64,000 bases of DNA from the NCBI RefSeq assembly GCF_001194135.2, contig NC_068986.1, positions 100,836,020 to 100,900,019 of the forward strand, written 5' to 3'. The first letter of the stretch is position 1. Every line of letters begins with the position of its first letter. The position numbers and the translations under genes are program-made. Below the pieces are notes generated by a model. That model worked only from the letters and a program-made list of their open reading frames with translations. It searched no databases and was not told the origin of the DNA. Shown here piece after piece: positions 39,091 to 51,480 of the stretch. Origin of the DNA: Octopus bimaculoides (lineage: Eukaryota).

Positions 39091-39360
39091 AAATGTGAGA
39101 ACCTTATTTATGTAATAAGATGCTCGGGCTGCAACGAACACTACATAGGGTCCACAGGATTATCGCTTAGACGCAGATGCACTCTGCATCGACAGCAGAT
39201 TGCATACCCAGAATACCGAATCATACCCTTTAGTGAGCATATTGAGAAATTCGCAAAACAAATGCTACCACAATTTATAATCCTTCCTTTCTATCAATGT
39301 GCTATTAGAACACCAACACAAATTAGATTAAATAAAGAAACTTTCTTCATTCAAAAATAC
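39091..39360 (+). mobile_element. PLE GIY-YIG endonuclease fragment, 90-codon uninterrupted frame running into a gap
   Basis: KCENLIYVIRCSGCNEHYIGSTGLSLRRRCTLHRQQIAYPEYRIIPFSEHIEKFAKQMLPQFIILPFYQCAIRTPTQIRLNKETFFIQKY. LIYVI and HYIGST are the GIY and YIG motifs, around a CxxC. Confidence 0.88.
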
Positions 39361-40529
39361 ANNNNNNNNNNNNNNNNNNNNNNNNNNNNNNNNNNNNNNN
39401 NNNNNNNNNNNNNNNNNNNNNNNNNNNNNNNNNNNNNNNNNNNNNNNNNNNNNNNNNNNNNNNNNNNNNNNNNNNNNNNNNNNNNNNNNNNNNNNNNNNN
39501 NNNNNNNNNNNNNNNNNNNNNNNNNNNNNNNNNNNNNNNNNNNNNNNNNNNNNNNNNNNNNNNNNNNNNNNNNNNNNNNNNNNNNNNNNNNNNNNNNNNN
39601 NNNNNNNNNNNNNNNNNNNNNNNNNNNNNNNNNNNNNNNNNNNNNNNNNNNNNNNNNNNNNNNNNNNNNNNNNNNNNNNNNNNNNNNNNNNNNNNNNNNN
39701 NNNNNNNNNNNNNNNNNNNNNNNNNNNNNNNNNNNNNNNNNNNNNNNNNNNNNNNNNNNNNNNNNNNNNNNNNNNNNNNNNNNNNNNNNNNNNNNNNNNN
39801 NNNNNNNNNNNNNNNNNNNNNNNNNNNNNNNNNNNNNNNNNNNNNNNNNNNNNNNNNNNNNNNNNNNNNNNNNNNNNNNNNNNNNNNNNNNNNNNNNNNN
39901 NNNNNNNNNNNNNNNNNNNNNNNNNNNNNNNNNNNNNNNNNNNNNNNNNNNNNNNNNNNNNNNNNNNNNNNNNNNNNNNNNNNNNNNNNNNNNNNNNNNN
40001 NNNNNNNNNNNNNNNNNNATATATACATACATATATATATACATATATATCACGTATCATAACGTGCATCACTTTTTACAATCAGACATTCATATATGTG
40101 TTTGAATTTATTTACCGCTCTGTCCATCTAGTTAGTTTGCGTGTTCTACATATGTGCGTTTGCGTGGAGAGAGGTGGCAGTTTGCTTATTTACCTATTAA
40201 TGTATCTATCCATCATATTTATGTATGACTAGCAGAAACGTGTACGTATGTAGAAAAAATATATATATACATACCTCCATATATTTATTTCTGCGTGTGC
40301 GTATTCGTACTTATGATTATGATTGGGTATGGTTGCGTATGTGTATGTGTGTCTGTGTGCGCGTGCATGTATGTAAGATGAGTGACAAAGGCACTATGGG
40401 TAAGAAAGTGTTAATCATTTAAACATAATGATTTTTTTTTTCTTTTATGATCGAGAATATTTTTGGAGAAATACAAACCTCGCAAATCCTCCGAGGTTAC
40501 TGAGATTGATGTTGTTAATGCTCCATTGA

Positions 40530-41640
40530 AACTATCTGTAGAAGAAACCACCTATAATGATATATGCAAGAAGGGGATACAAGAGGGCTGATGCTCTGAG
40601 GATGATAGATTTGGCATAGATGTTTGTGTAAGCAATTTTGTAGCACCACCGCAGTTGTTGAAAGATTAAGACTCGATTTTTTAGTGCGTACGTAAGTGCT
40701 ATAAGTACCAGACCAGCTAATTCTATGGGAAAGATTACTTTAGCGTAGATTTAGTAAGGTGAAAGCTAGCGATTACAATGTCTGTTACGGATGAATTGCC
40801 AATTAGCCGTGTGACCCAGCTCTGAGAATGGTGCAAGATATCAGTGTACACAACAACAACACTGTCTCAAATATGGGAGCAGTACCCTATTGCAGACCTA
40901 AAATGTGACTTGTATATAATCGACAGTTGTTGGGGTCTGGGATATATTTTGACACAAAAGAAAAGGTTCTGTCTTTACAGTCTAATATCAACCCCGCAGA
41001 GATTGTGCTTCCACCAGGAAAACCCCTTTTCCATAGTGTAACTCAGGATTCGAAGCAACTATGGTGACGTTCATATATTCAGTGGCTCATTGAGCTGGTG
41101 TTTGATACGATTGGCTCATCTTTTACTTTTTCGTTAAATTTGTGAATAAAGTAATAAGTTCAGGTTTGGTATGAGAAGCCTGGATTGTGTGCGGATGATG
41201 CATAATTATAGAAGATTAAGAAGAAAGGAAAGGTTGCACCAGATGCACAAGAGTGAGCGCTTTTCAATGTGGCCTCAAGTAGATGGTTGATGAATAGAAA
41301 AAAGCCTGTGAAGAAAAGAACATAAAGCTGGGAACAGCAGAGCTTATTGAGAGTAGGGCAGAAAGATCACCCTCAGTATACTGCAATAAATTTCTCTTCT
41401 CTCTTCCTCCCAGTAAAGAAATGTGTATAGAGGTCGGTCAGTTCGCCTCATGGTTCCAAATGGTTAAAGAGAGTGGATTTTAGGTTTATGCTCTCGCACT
41501 ATATGAAGGTGTATATGTAATAGTGCGTTGAAATATCACGAAGAACTCCAATGCTTCCAGTAGATCGATCTCAAGTAAATACACTGTAGGTGCAGACAGT
41601 GGTGAGACACCAGGTGGCATGTTGCACCAGCCAACAGGAA
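40530..41640 (-). mobile_element. CR1/L2-group LINE reverse transcriptase 3' relic
   Basis: Minus strand: FFLFINHLLEAT..HSCASGAT (LFINDL..HSYADD); FSWWKH; QLSIIYKSHFRSAIGYCSHI* (LYKxxIRPxLEYCSHIW); TRLIG; YAKSIILRASALLYPL (YxxSFxPRTxxLWNxLP). Confidence 0.7.
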
Positions 41641-41734
41641 AAAAAAATAATAAACTGAATTTGTAACAATGGTAGTGCATACAAATAGTAGTGTTGATAC
41701 AGCAGTATCAAGTAGTAGTAGGGGTAGCTTTGAC

Positions 41735-41736
<2 letters not shown>

Positions 41737-41822
<86 letters not shown>

Positions 41823-41845
41823 CTAGTAGTACTAGTAGTAGTAGT
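41737..41845. repeat. (ATT)n(AGT)n compound array
   Basis: Direct reading. Confidence 0.95.
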
Positions 41846-42171
41846 AGCGACAGTTCTACGAGTAGCCGAAGCGGCAACAGTAAATTGGTAGTAGCAGGGG
41901 CGTTGTGAGAAGATTACTTGATGCAGTATTTGGAGCAATTTGGTAACATCAACATCTGGGATAGGAGTGGGTGAGTTAAATTGGAGAAAGGAGAAGTGAA
42001 TCAATTCATGAAAGTACAGGTCAAATTTCTGTTCATTTTGGCCGTTGCTTCTACTATCGTTAATGTTGCTAGTATTATTGTTCGTTATATTTTTGTTGTA
42101 CGTTTTGTGGTTGTTCTTCTTGTTTCTGCAATGGTTACTGTTGTTGTGGCGATGGATAGCAGATTTCTTAA

Positions 42172-42285
42172 GGCGGCGAGCTGGCAGAAGCGTTAGCAGA
42201 CCAGGCGAAACTCTTAGCAGTATTTCATCTGCTGCTGTATTCTCCGTTCAAGTTCCACCGAGGTCGACTTTACATTTCATTTTTT
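42172..42285 (+). mobile_element. SINE family A, 5' portion only
   Basis: ggcggcgagctggcagaagcgttagca...gaggtcgactttacatttcat, immediately followed by a second copy. Confidence 0.85.
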
Positions 42286-42289
42286 TAAA

Positions 42290-42478
42290 GGTGGTGAGAT
42301 GGCAGAAACACTAGCACACCGGGCGAAATGCTTAGCGGTACTTCGTCTGCTTTTAAGTTCTGAGTTCAAATTCCGCCGAGGTCGACTTTACACTTCATCC
42401 TTTCGGAGTAGAAAAATTAAATACCAGTTGCGTAGTGGGGTCGATCTAATCGACTGGCCCCATCTCCAAAAATTTCCT
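42290..42478 (+). mobile_element. SINE family A, tandem second copy
   Basis: ggtggtgagatggcagaaacactagcacaccgggcgaaatgcttagcgg...gagttcaaattccgccgaggtcgac...ggggtcgatctaatcgactggcccc. Confidence 0.88.
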
Positions 42479-42656
42479 AGAGTAGAAACGAATAGCATAT
42501 TTATTTCCCCATTCGTTCTTTTTTCTAGTGTATTCAAGTATTTTGCTGTTCATAGTGTCATCATCGCTGTTGTATTTGATGTAATTAAACTAGGATATAT
42601 ATATACACACATATATATACAGATATATATGTGTGTGTGCACGTACATACATATAT

Positions 42657-43060
42657 ACGACGGTCTTCTTTCACTTTCCTATGTTTTTACTACCCTCAAG
42701 GGGCTAAACATAGAGGGGACAACCAAGGACAGACAGAATGATTAAGTGGACTATATCGACCACAGTGCGTAACTAGTGCTTATTTAATCGACTCCGAAAG
42801 CATGAAAGGCAAAGTCGACCTCGGAATTTGAACTCAGAACGTAGCGGCAGACGAAATACCAATAAGCATTTCACCTGGCGTGCTAACGTTTCTGCCAGCT
42901 CAGCGCCTTTCACTTTCTGTGCAGCAAGTCCACTCCCGAGGCTTTGGTCGGCCCGAGACTATAATAGAAGAAACTCACCCAAGTTGGGACGCGGTAGGAT
43001 TAGAACCGGAACCATGTAGTTGAGAAGTAAGCTTCTTACGACACAGCCACTCCGACGCCT
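42657..43060 (-). mobile_element. SINE family C 5' part, interrupted by a nested family A insertion
   Basis: cgacggtcttctttcactttc lies on the left of the insertion and ctttcactttctgtgcagcaagtccactc...cacagccactccgacgccta on the right. Confidence 0.8.
42679..42906 (-). mobile_element. SINE family A, full length, nested, with 11-bp TSD CTTTCACTTTC
   Basis: Reverse complement of family A, flanked by the direct repeat at 42668-42678 and 42907-42917. Confidence 0.9.
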
Positions 43061-44394
43061 ATATAGCAAAAGCATTCATAATTTCTAGAAAGAAATTGAC
43101 ATGTTTAAAGAGGTTTACAATTATTATTACTAAATACTTATGTTTAGGACATAATATTTCCTATTCATGATTCAATGAGTTATAGTGTAGGACAACATTT
43201 TTACCCGCAATGTTACGATCTAACCTGCGTTATAATACTTCAAATTTTAATCTGGAATAAGTAAAGGTAACATAATATTCAATTTTCGCGTTCCGCAGCT
43301 TTACAACTCATTGATGTGTAAACTTTACCTCGATACATACTATCGATCATAAAGTGACTTACAGAGATTTTCATCTTTTTTTCTAAAATATGTGACGTCA
43401 TACTTGCCTATAAAATGTATATTGTTTCATCTTATTTTCTATATAGTGTATACGCACGCGCATACTCACATTCTTATATGTGTCTGTGCGTTTACGTGTG
43501 CAGAGAGAGAGAGAAAGATACAGATGTTTAGATAGACCGATATATATATNNNNNNNNNNNNNNNNNNNNNNNNNNNNNNNNNNNNNNNNNNNNNNNNNNN
43601 NNNNNNNNNNNNNNNNNNNNNNNNNNNNNNNNNNNNGCTTGCATGCATGCATGTGTGTATAACTAGATGTATAAGCATTTGAAGTACAAAAACATGGATT
43701 TTAAATTAATCCAAAAAGGTTGAAATATATCTATTGACATTACACTAAGAGCTTCATATTTCTTTTTTTTTTTTATATCATTTGATGTTTCATATAAAAG
43801 ACTACATTAAGTATTTGCAATAAATCTAGAACAGTCCTAGCACGAAATATACTAAGATCAAAAGAAACCAAATTTAATTTCAATTTCAACAGGTATACCA
43901 TCAAAATTTATGTTAAGTCAGTCGTAAATTGCTTTAATGTCATCCAATATACTTAGTAAGGAAGGGACTATATACACTTCCATTCACGTTATCAATGATA
44001 TACGCTTATATTCAGAACCATATGGACTAGATGTAAAATGTATAAAAATTACGTGAAGTATCGCGATGTTTTTGTAAAAGTAAATAAATTAAAAGGTAAA
44101 AATAATAAAGAAGAAAGTGTGTTAGAAACTATTTTTAGATTAATTCTGTTATTGATATCGATGAATCATCAACTTTTGATGTTATGTCTTTTTACTGCCC
44201 AGTTTCTATATAATATAATATCGACACAAAGAACAAAACGATGCTGGATAGTGGGTCCTTATATAATATATTTTGCATGTCACATTCACATATTAGCGAC
44301 CATATTGGATCTTGATGCCAAAGCTATATTTTCAGCAGATTTTAATAAATTACCATTTGTAAATCCCACAATGAGAGATATTCAGCAACAGTAC

Positions 44395-44694
44395 TTTGGA
44401 GCAAAGCTTATTTGCCAACACAGCATGGCAGTCCTGATTTAGGACGAATGTTGCTGTAATTTAGCCCCAGGAGTTTCGTCTACAGGTGGCTATACGACAC
44501 TATCTGTGTCATTATATTTTCGAACAAGGGAATCTAGCACCCCCACTCAGCTTCAAACAATATATGTGTATCGCGATTTCCGAAATGAAGGGAAATAACC
44601 ATCTGGAGACGATGTCTCCTGCGGCTAAATTTCAGTAACATTCGTCCGAAACCACGACTGCCATGTTACGTTGGCAAATAGTCTTTAATCCAAA
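44395..44694. mobile_element. Foldback/MITE family F, complete copy with ~98-bp imperfect arms
   Basis: 44439-44473 pairs with 44616-44650 at 31 of 35 positions. The arms extend outward (tatttgccaac..catggcagtc vs gactgccatg..gttggcaaata) and inward to ~44492 and ~44596. Confidence 0.82.
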
Positions 44695-45059
44695 ATTAAC
44701 AACTTCAATAATAAGTTGTTCATTTCTGATGCGTTGTGGATTCAAAAGGGATTCATTTAATCAATGATGGAACGGACAAAATTAAACGAAATCCAATGAC
44801 AATTGTTGTCGAAATAAGCACAAGACATAATGGAAAATAACACAGATAAATAACACACACCCACACACAGATGCACACGCACAAACATACACACGCACAC
44901 ACGTATACAGGTGCGCAGGCGCACACGCATGCAGACGCATACACGCACGTGAACACACACACACATGCACACTACGTACACACACACGTGCAAGCACACA
45001 TACACACGCGGGCGCACTCGCATACTTACACACACACATACGCACGTACACACACAATC

Positions 45060-45792
45060 ACCATGGTGGGTTGAAAAATTAAACGGTTAAGTTGGAAGGA
45101 GTCAGGAAACAGGTGTGACATTTTGTATGCATAAATTTCAATTTTCATTGACAAGTGTATTGTTTCTTTCCAGGTAAATTAAAAACCGACTCTTCAAAAG
45201 AGACTTCAACAGAAAGTACTTGTGACTTCATTCGAAAATGGACAATATTTGGCATCATGGTGTTATCAATTATTTGCAGATAGAGGGTTTAGCTCCCGAA
45301 GAAATTCATGCTGACATGTTTGTTACATTAGAGAAAGGCAATTCAGCTTATGAACACTACGATAAGGGGAGGGAGGGTGTTGAAGCTGACCTAATGTGAG
45401 GACGTCCTGCACCTGACACCGCCGAGGAAAATATTGATTATGTTCACCGCATGGTGATGCATGAAATGCGAGTGACGATAAATCAAATAGCCAACAATAT
45501 TAGCATAACGCGTGAGAGAGGTGAGAATATTCTGGAAAATGATCTTGGCAAAACGATGGTTTCTGCTCGGTGGTTGCCATTTTGTCTGGCATCAGGTCAA
45601 ACGTGCACCTGGCTGATCACATCGCGGGAAAATCTGACATTGCCTGAGCAGATCTAGCTAGTTTCCCAACCTAGGAAATGAGTTGGCTTCATCACTTTGT
45701 GACAGAGATATAGACACAATCCATGCAGGGGAAACACCTCACATCACCTACCCCAACGAAGGCCAAGTTCCTTTCATCTTCAGAAAAGATGA
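45060..45792 (+). mobile_element. Mariner transposon 5' part (second subfamily, irritans-like by recollection)
   Basis: ATG at 45238: MDNIWHHGVINYL..EIHADM; GRPA..EENIDYVHRMV..RVTINQIA; VSARWLP (WVPRxL motif); WLHHFV..QSMQGKH..SPTPTKAK. Ends in (TA)n and a gap. Confidence 0.85.
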
Positions 45793-47611
45793 TATATATA
45801 TATATATATATANNNNNNNNNNNNNNNNNNNNNNNNNNNNNNNNNNNNNNNNNNNNNNNNNNNNNNNNNNNNNNNNNNNNNNNNNNNNNNNNNNNNNNNN
45901 NNNNNNNNNNNNNNNNNNNNNNNNNNNNNNNNNNNNNNNNNNNNNNNNNNNNNNNNNNNNNNNNNNNNNNNNNNNNNNNNNNNNNNNNNNNNNNNNNNNN
46001 NNNNNNNNNNNNTATATATATAGGTTAGCAGAGGTAATGGTATCAATAAGACCAATAAAATTCGTCATTGTAAATTCCAACATTATTTAACATCGGTCAT
46101 TCGAAGTATAAATGTTTTATACAATGCGATTGGATCAAGGGTCTTACTGAAAGTGACCTAAAAGTAAGGAATGTATTTGTAAGGTCAATCTGAAAACAAG
46201 AAGAGAGGAATAAAGAAAAGAGAAAAGAAAAAAAGGAAGAGAGGAATAAAGTAAAGAAAGAAAAAAAGGAAAAAATAAAAACAAGGAGAAAGATAATAAA
46301 GAGATGAAGACAGGGAATGTGTACCAGTTAGTGATCAGTCAAGATATTATGAATGCGGAGATGAGGGTGATAGAGAGAGAAATATATATTTCTGTAAAAA
46401 TATGATAAGGTAAAGAGTAAAGGAGTGTCAGATAGAATGAATGGGGGTGACAGAGAGAGGGAGAGATAGAGATAGTTAGTCAATTCTGTTCGTTTATGAT
46501 GTGTATCCCTATATGCGCATCCGTTTCCGTGCGTTTGCGTTAGTAAGTCTGTGTTTGACATATGCGCTTTATAATGAGGTGGGTAAGTTTGAATCTTATG
46601 ATTGCTTATGTCGGTTTCTTCTCAAGTATCGTCTGGCAAGTCCTCTTGAAGTTAAAGTACTATAATTTAACAATGTAGATAAAACCCGAATCTTCTTTTC
46701 ACTTTTGTATTTTAAGGCTAGAATGTGTGTGGTGGATAATAGGAGACTTCACTATGAAATAGATGTTTTGAAACTTAAAGGAGTCTGAAAATATTGGAGC
46801 TTTATTCAAATAATTTCTTTTGTGCGGCGTTTGTAAAACTTCGAGCAGCGTTGGATTTTCTGTTTCTGGATACATAGAATCTAGATAATGACACTAATTA
46901 AAGATGAAAGAAGCGAAACAAGCAGGGATATGTTATTGCTGCATCTATGTTGGAGGTTGTGTTATTGGGAGGACTGAATGATGCGGTATATTTTCTAAGC
47001 ATTTGCTATTAGAGTTATAATCAGTGCAGAGACCAATTAGTTACACCTGATAGAAACAATGATGGTTTTCCTCAAAACTTCATTACATGTAAAATGTTTA
47101 GAGAAGCATATGTAATGTGTTTCTCAGTACTCTTTCGAAAGGAAATTGATAAAATTTGAAAGCATTTGCGTCATTCGACTTTTCTATTTCTTTTGACTTC
47201 GGGTTAAACGACAACAGACTTATAGTTAAGTCAACTTGCTCATAATTAAGTATATTTGGCACCATCAAATGCACGAAATGCACTAAGAACATTCTGCCTT
47301 ACAATTCTCTATTTATATACTATATTATTTAATAAATTGACACGTTTAAAGCAGTATAGAATTGATATTTATTTGCATGCTTTATTTCTCTATGGATTTC
47401 AGAAGAAATAAGAGCTTGGTTATTCATACGATTGATTTTGTTTATAAGTTTTCGCTTGCAGCTTCAATTCAATGTTTCTTCTATTTTTTTCCGGCGGTAG
47501 CGGGGTGGGGTGGGGGAACCAAATATAAGGAATGTTACATAGACCGAACAGTTGCAAAAACAAAACGAAAGAAAAAGTAAAACAAAAAAGGATAAATAAT
47601 ATTAAAATATG

Positions 47612-47642
47612 AAAAGCAATTTCTACGATAATAGTAATAATA

Positions 47643-47714
<72 letters not shown>

Positions 47715-47781
47715 GTAATGATAATAATAATAATAATAATGATTAATAGATAGATAAATAATAAAAGCAATTTCTACGATA
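47612..47781. repeat. (AAT)n array bracketed by a 19-bp direct repeat
   Basis: aaaagcaatttctacgata at 47612-47630 and 47763-47781. Confidence 0.9.
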
Positions 47782-50700
47782 CATATAAATAAAATTAAGT
47801 GAGAAACCATATAAACTACGCAGTACATATAAACCATGCGCGATACTGTGTACTGAAATTAATTTCCGTAGACAATTTTCCGCCCATTCAGTAACGGTAT
47901 ACTTCATTTTGTAATGGCAAAATGGTGTTTTTCTTAGATTAGATTAAATGTAAATTGTGTTTATCGAGGATTTACGCTGTGAATGGAACACAATTACCTG
48001 CTATTTTTTTTTATTGGAATTCCATAGCTGAGAGTTCATTGCTCATAGAATTGTTTAATTTTCTTTTTTACTTTTTGTGAGGCAAGTTTGATTCCGATTT
48101 CATATATTTCATAATATGGAGGAAAAAAAATAAATGCAATTAATTTTAAATTATACAGGTAAATATATTGCGTCGTAGATTTATATTTGTGCATTATTTT
48201 TGTATCATTACTATTTTATTTACAATTTTTTCAACATTATATTTGCACTCGTTTCCTCTAGTTGGTATTTCCTTCAATTCTATCAATGTAATTGAATTTT
48301 ATAACTTGTTCTTTATTTTTCAGTGAATGTCTATATAATCAAGTATGTTCATAGAAGCATACATAGAAAAGAAGTCGAACTTTAAAATAAAAAGATTTAA
48401 AATGCATACGAATTATTAAAATCCACACATTATTTATTCGCTGTCGAAAAGCTATTGCCAGACATGGCTATACAAGTACACATTTAAAAAAAAAACAGAA
48501 AACTATTTTCATTTATTAATTTCTAGCAACACTATTAAATTAACGTGTTGAATTAATTCCTATGTAAATTCCTTCTTCTTTAAAGAAAATTATATTATAT
48601 TACTTTTGAAGGTTTCGGTAAGTATGCACAATTTTCACGTCTAATAAATTCATTTTGAATCTATCGCAGTTAAATAAATGTATTTTGAATCTCTCACAGT
48701 TGGTGACGATTTAAATCATGCAAACAATCATTAGTTTAAAATGAAACTTTATTTTCAATAGTTTATTTCCTTTTCTTTATATATTCATTAATTTGTGATT
48801 TGCAAATTATTTTTAAAGCACTACTTATTAGTGATTTATATATTATTTAATGTTTCCACGATATGTTTGTTTACTTTTTAACATTAACGTCATTTACAAT
48901 CGTAAATTTATGTATGGACTTAGAAGTTGACTTGTGAGAAATTATCAAGCAGTCCCTAATTAGTATGCAAGTCATTTTTTTAATCATTCCATAAATCCAG
49001 ATTTATATTAGGAAACATTATTACACCAATCTAAACAAAAATCACTTGTATATATTCGGTTTTATCAGATATCTTTATATACATGTTTTTGAATAAATCA
49101 TCATTTTTATAGTATGTTTTACTCAGGTATATGAACACAGAAATGCGATACTAAATGAAAGTGCAAAATACAGATACTGTCAAAAATATACGTGTGTGAT
49201 AAAGCATTGTTGGTTCAGCATATATAGATACGTTGCTTTAGCATATATAGATACGTATAGATACGTTAAATCGTTACGACGCTCCGCAGATTAAAATCTA
49301 AATCAGTTACATTTCTAATAGTGTAATCATTTTCACACACATAGACACACGCACAAATGAATAAACGTGTGAACTAAGAGCCGCAAACGCTTATACGTAT
49401 GTACGCATGTGTGTATGCATATATAACTGCATGCAGATGTAGGTGTTTTACTTTCACGAAAATGTAAAAGATAGTAACCTGTATATTAATATCTAAATTT
49501 AAATGACTAAATATTTCTTTTGCAATTAATAAACATTATATAATACGATCTCATGCAGGAAATACAAACTAGACGCCCGGCCCATTTTTGTCTATACTTT
49601 ATTATACTCTTTGTTTCAGGTCACCAACTCTCAATCATTCGTCTAGTAAGTGAACATACTATCTACTTCGACAAAATCATAATATACAACAAGGGACTTC
49701 ATCGGTGCTAATTTGAAATTGTCTGCTTTAGAAGATACTTTTCTTTGATCGTTTTTCCTCAGAGGATATCTTTGCGATATCGATACCTAAAACCGTATTT
49801 ATCGTTTGAAAATTACTGGTTCGCTGCGATAAATCTTAGACATGTCTTCATTTGTTTGCAGAAAATAGTAATATGAAGTCACTCATGGGAGAGAAACAAG
49901 TCTCGTAGCTTAATAACTTCCTTAGATAAAATATCAGTTTAAACCTAGTTTTCTTGATCTTAGCTACGGAAACGTTTATCAATATTAATTTCAAAGCTAG
50001 TTTAATACTTTTAGGAATCAGCATTTTCATTTGAATACACAAGAACCTTGAATGTAATTTAATACTGGAGGCATTTCTGTCCGTGGAAGCGGGGGTTAAA
50101 AATAACAAGTGTGTATTAAATTTAGTTTCCTCCTAAGTTTTAGGTTCACCTTCCGCCTGAGACTGACTTTGATTTTCGCATTACACTGGCTGCACAATTT
50201 ATATAGTGTTGTTGAATTAATGAAACAAATATCGAATTTGGTATATTCCAACAAATTGAAAAATCAATAATATCAGCATCAGAAAAATATCATTTATGTC
50301 AGTAAGCAGATTAAAGTTATGTTTTTCACATGAACAGTATTAATTTCATAGATCAAGATTATTTAATTTTTTCATACATCATAATTAATTGATTGATGTA
50401 GCTATTCTCTCAAATTATTGCTGTCCACAGAGGAGTTTAGTACCGTGCGGTTTACGATCGAGTCCTACAATTTCCACTTGCGCTTTGACTTGTCGTAGAC
50501 GAGTAAACAATGAAGATTTTACACAACCTTCAATTTCTGTAGAAACAGATGTATTTATATATGTGTTGAGTAAGTATTGACTTGTTCTTAACATTTGAAG
50601 ACCTGAATCGGTACATCACCAACATATACCAACTCTAAATTGTAATTTATGATAATTCAAAAAATAAATGCATTCAATGAAATAGTACTCCAACTGTTTT

Positions 50701-50879
50701 CCCCTCATACGATAATTAGTGTTTCTGACGTTCTGTAATTTAAGTTTTACAAAAGCTATATATAATAACATTAATCTATATTCATCGAACGCTTTCCACT
50801 TAAACAATTAATTCTGTATAATTTGTCCAGTAATATATAATAATATAGATTATTGTAGATAATGACATTTTTCCTGTAT

Positions 50880-51480
50880 AAATTCTTTTATAAACTATTT
50901 GGAAGTGTCCATAAGTATAAAGATGTTATACCGATGATGATATTGGTGCCAACGTAGCAATGAAAATGCGACAGCAAACGTTTGCTAAGTCGCGTAGATG
51001 TCTGTCCATAATAAAAGTTATGTCAATATTCCAGCAGTTATATACAAACCGCCCACTGCTTACAATGAATTCCTCAACTCCCCATACCCAGGGACCGTCT
51101 GCGGACATGAGGTTTCTTTATTCAGTTAGGAAAATTGGGGAAAATAAACACTCTTCATCTCTGAAAATTTCGAACGCATTTCCAGTGAAATTCTCGGAGT
51201 TTTCAGACGTCATGTTACATGAAGACAAGCCCACCACACTCACTCATCCTTTTTCTCCCGTCAACCACTTTGAAAGACCTTATAGATTTGCTTACGATTG
51301 TACTTTGTCCTTAGGCGAATTAATGTGACCGCAGGTAATTCTTTCGCTCTCTTGAATTCAAGACAGTGATATTCCAATATTTTACGCTATTCCAATAAAT
51401 TTAATCTCATTTACATCTTTGGTATCTTTACATCTTGGGTAATTATTGTGAGAAGCTTTCTATGAAATTTATTTCTTACT
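50880..51480 (-). mobile_element. PLE 3' relic of a different lineage (thumb and GIY-YIG)
   Basis: Minus strand: NNYP (~51440) and FYYGQTSTRLSKRLLSH (50967-51017), like YIGxTxTxLxRRLxxH. Confidence 0.55.

Noticed and set aside
49127-49294. 55-codon open frame after a tcag acceptor (VYEHRNAIL...)
   Set aside because: It has no good donor, includes a local tandem duplication (agcatatatagatacgt), and has no recognisable motif.
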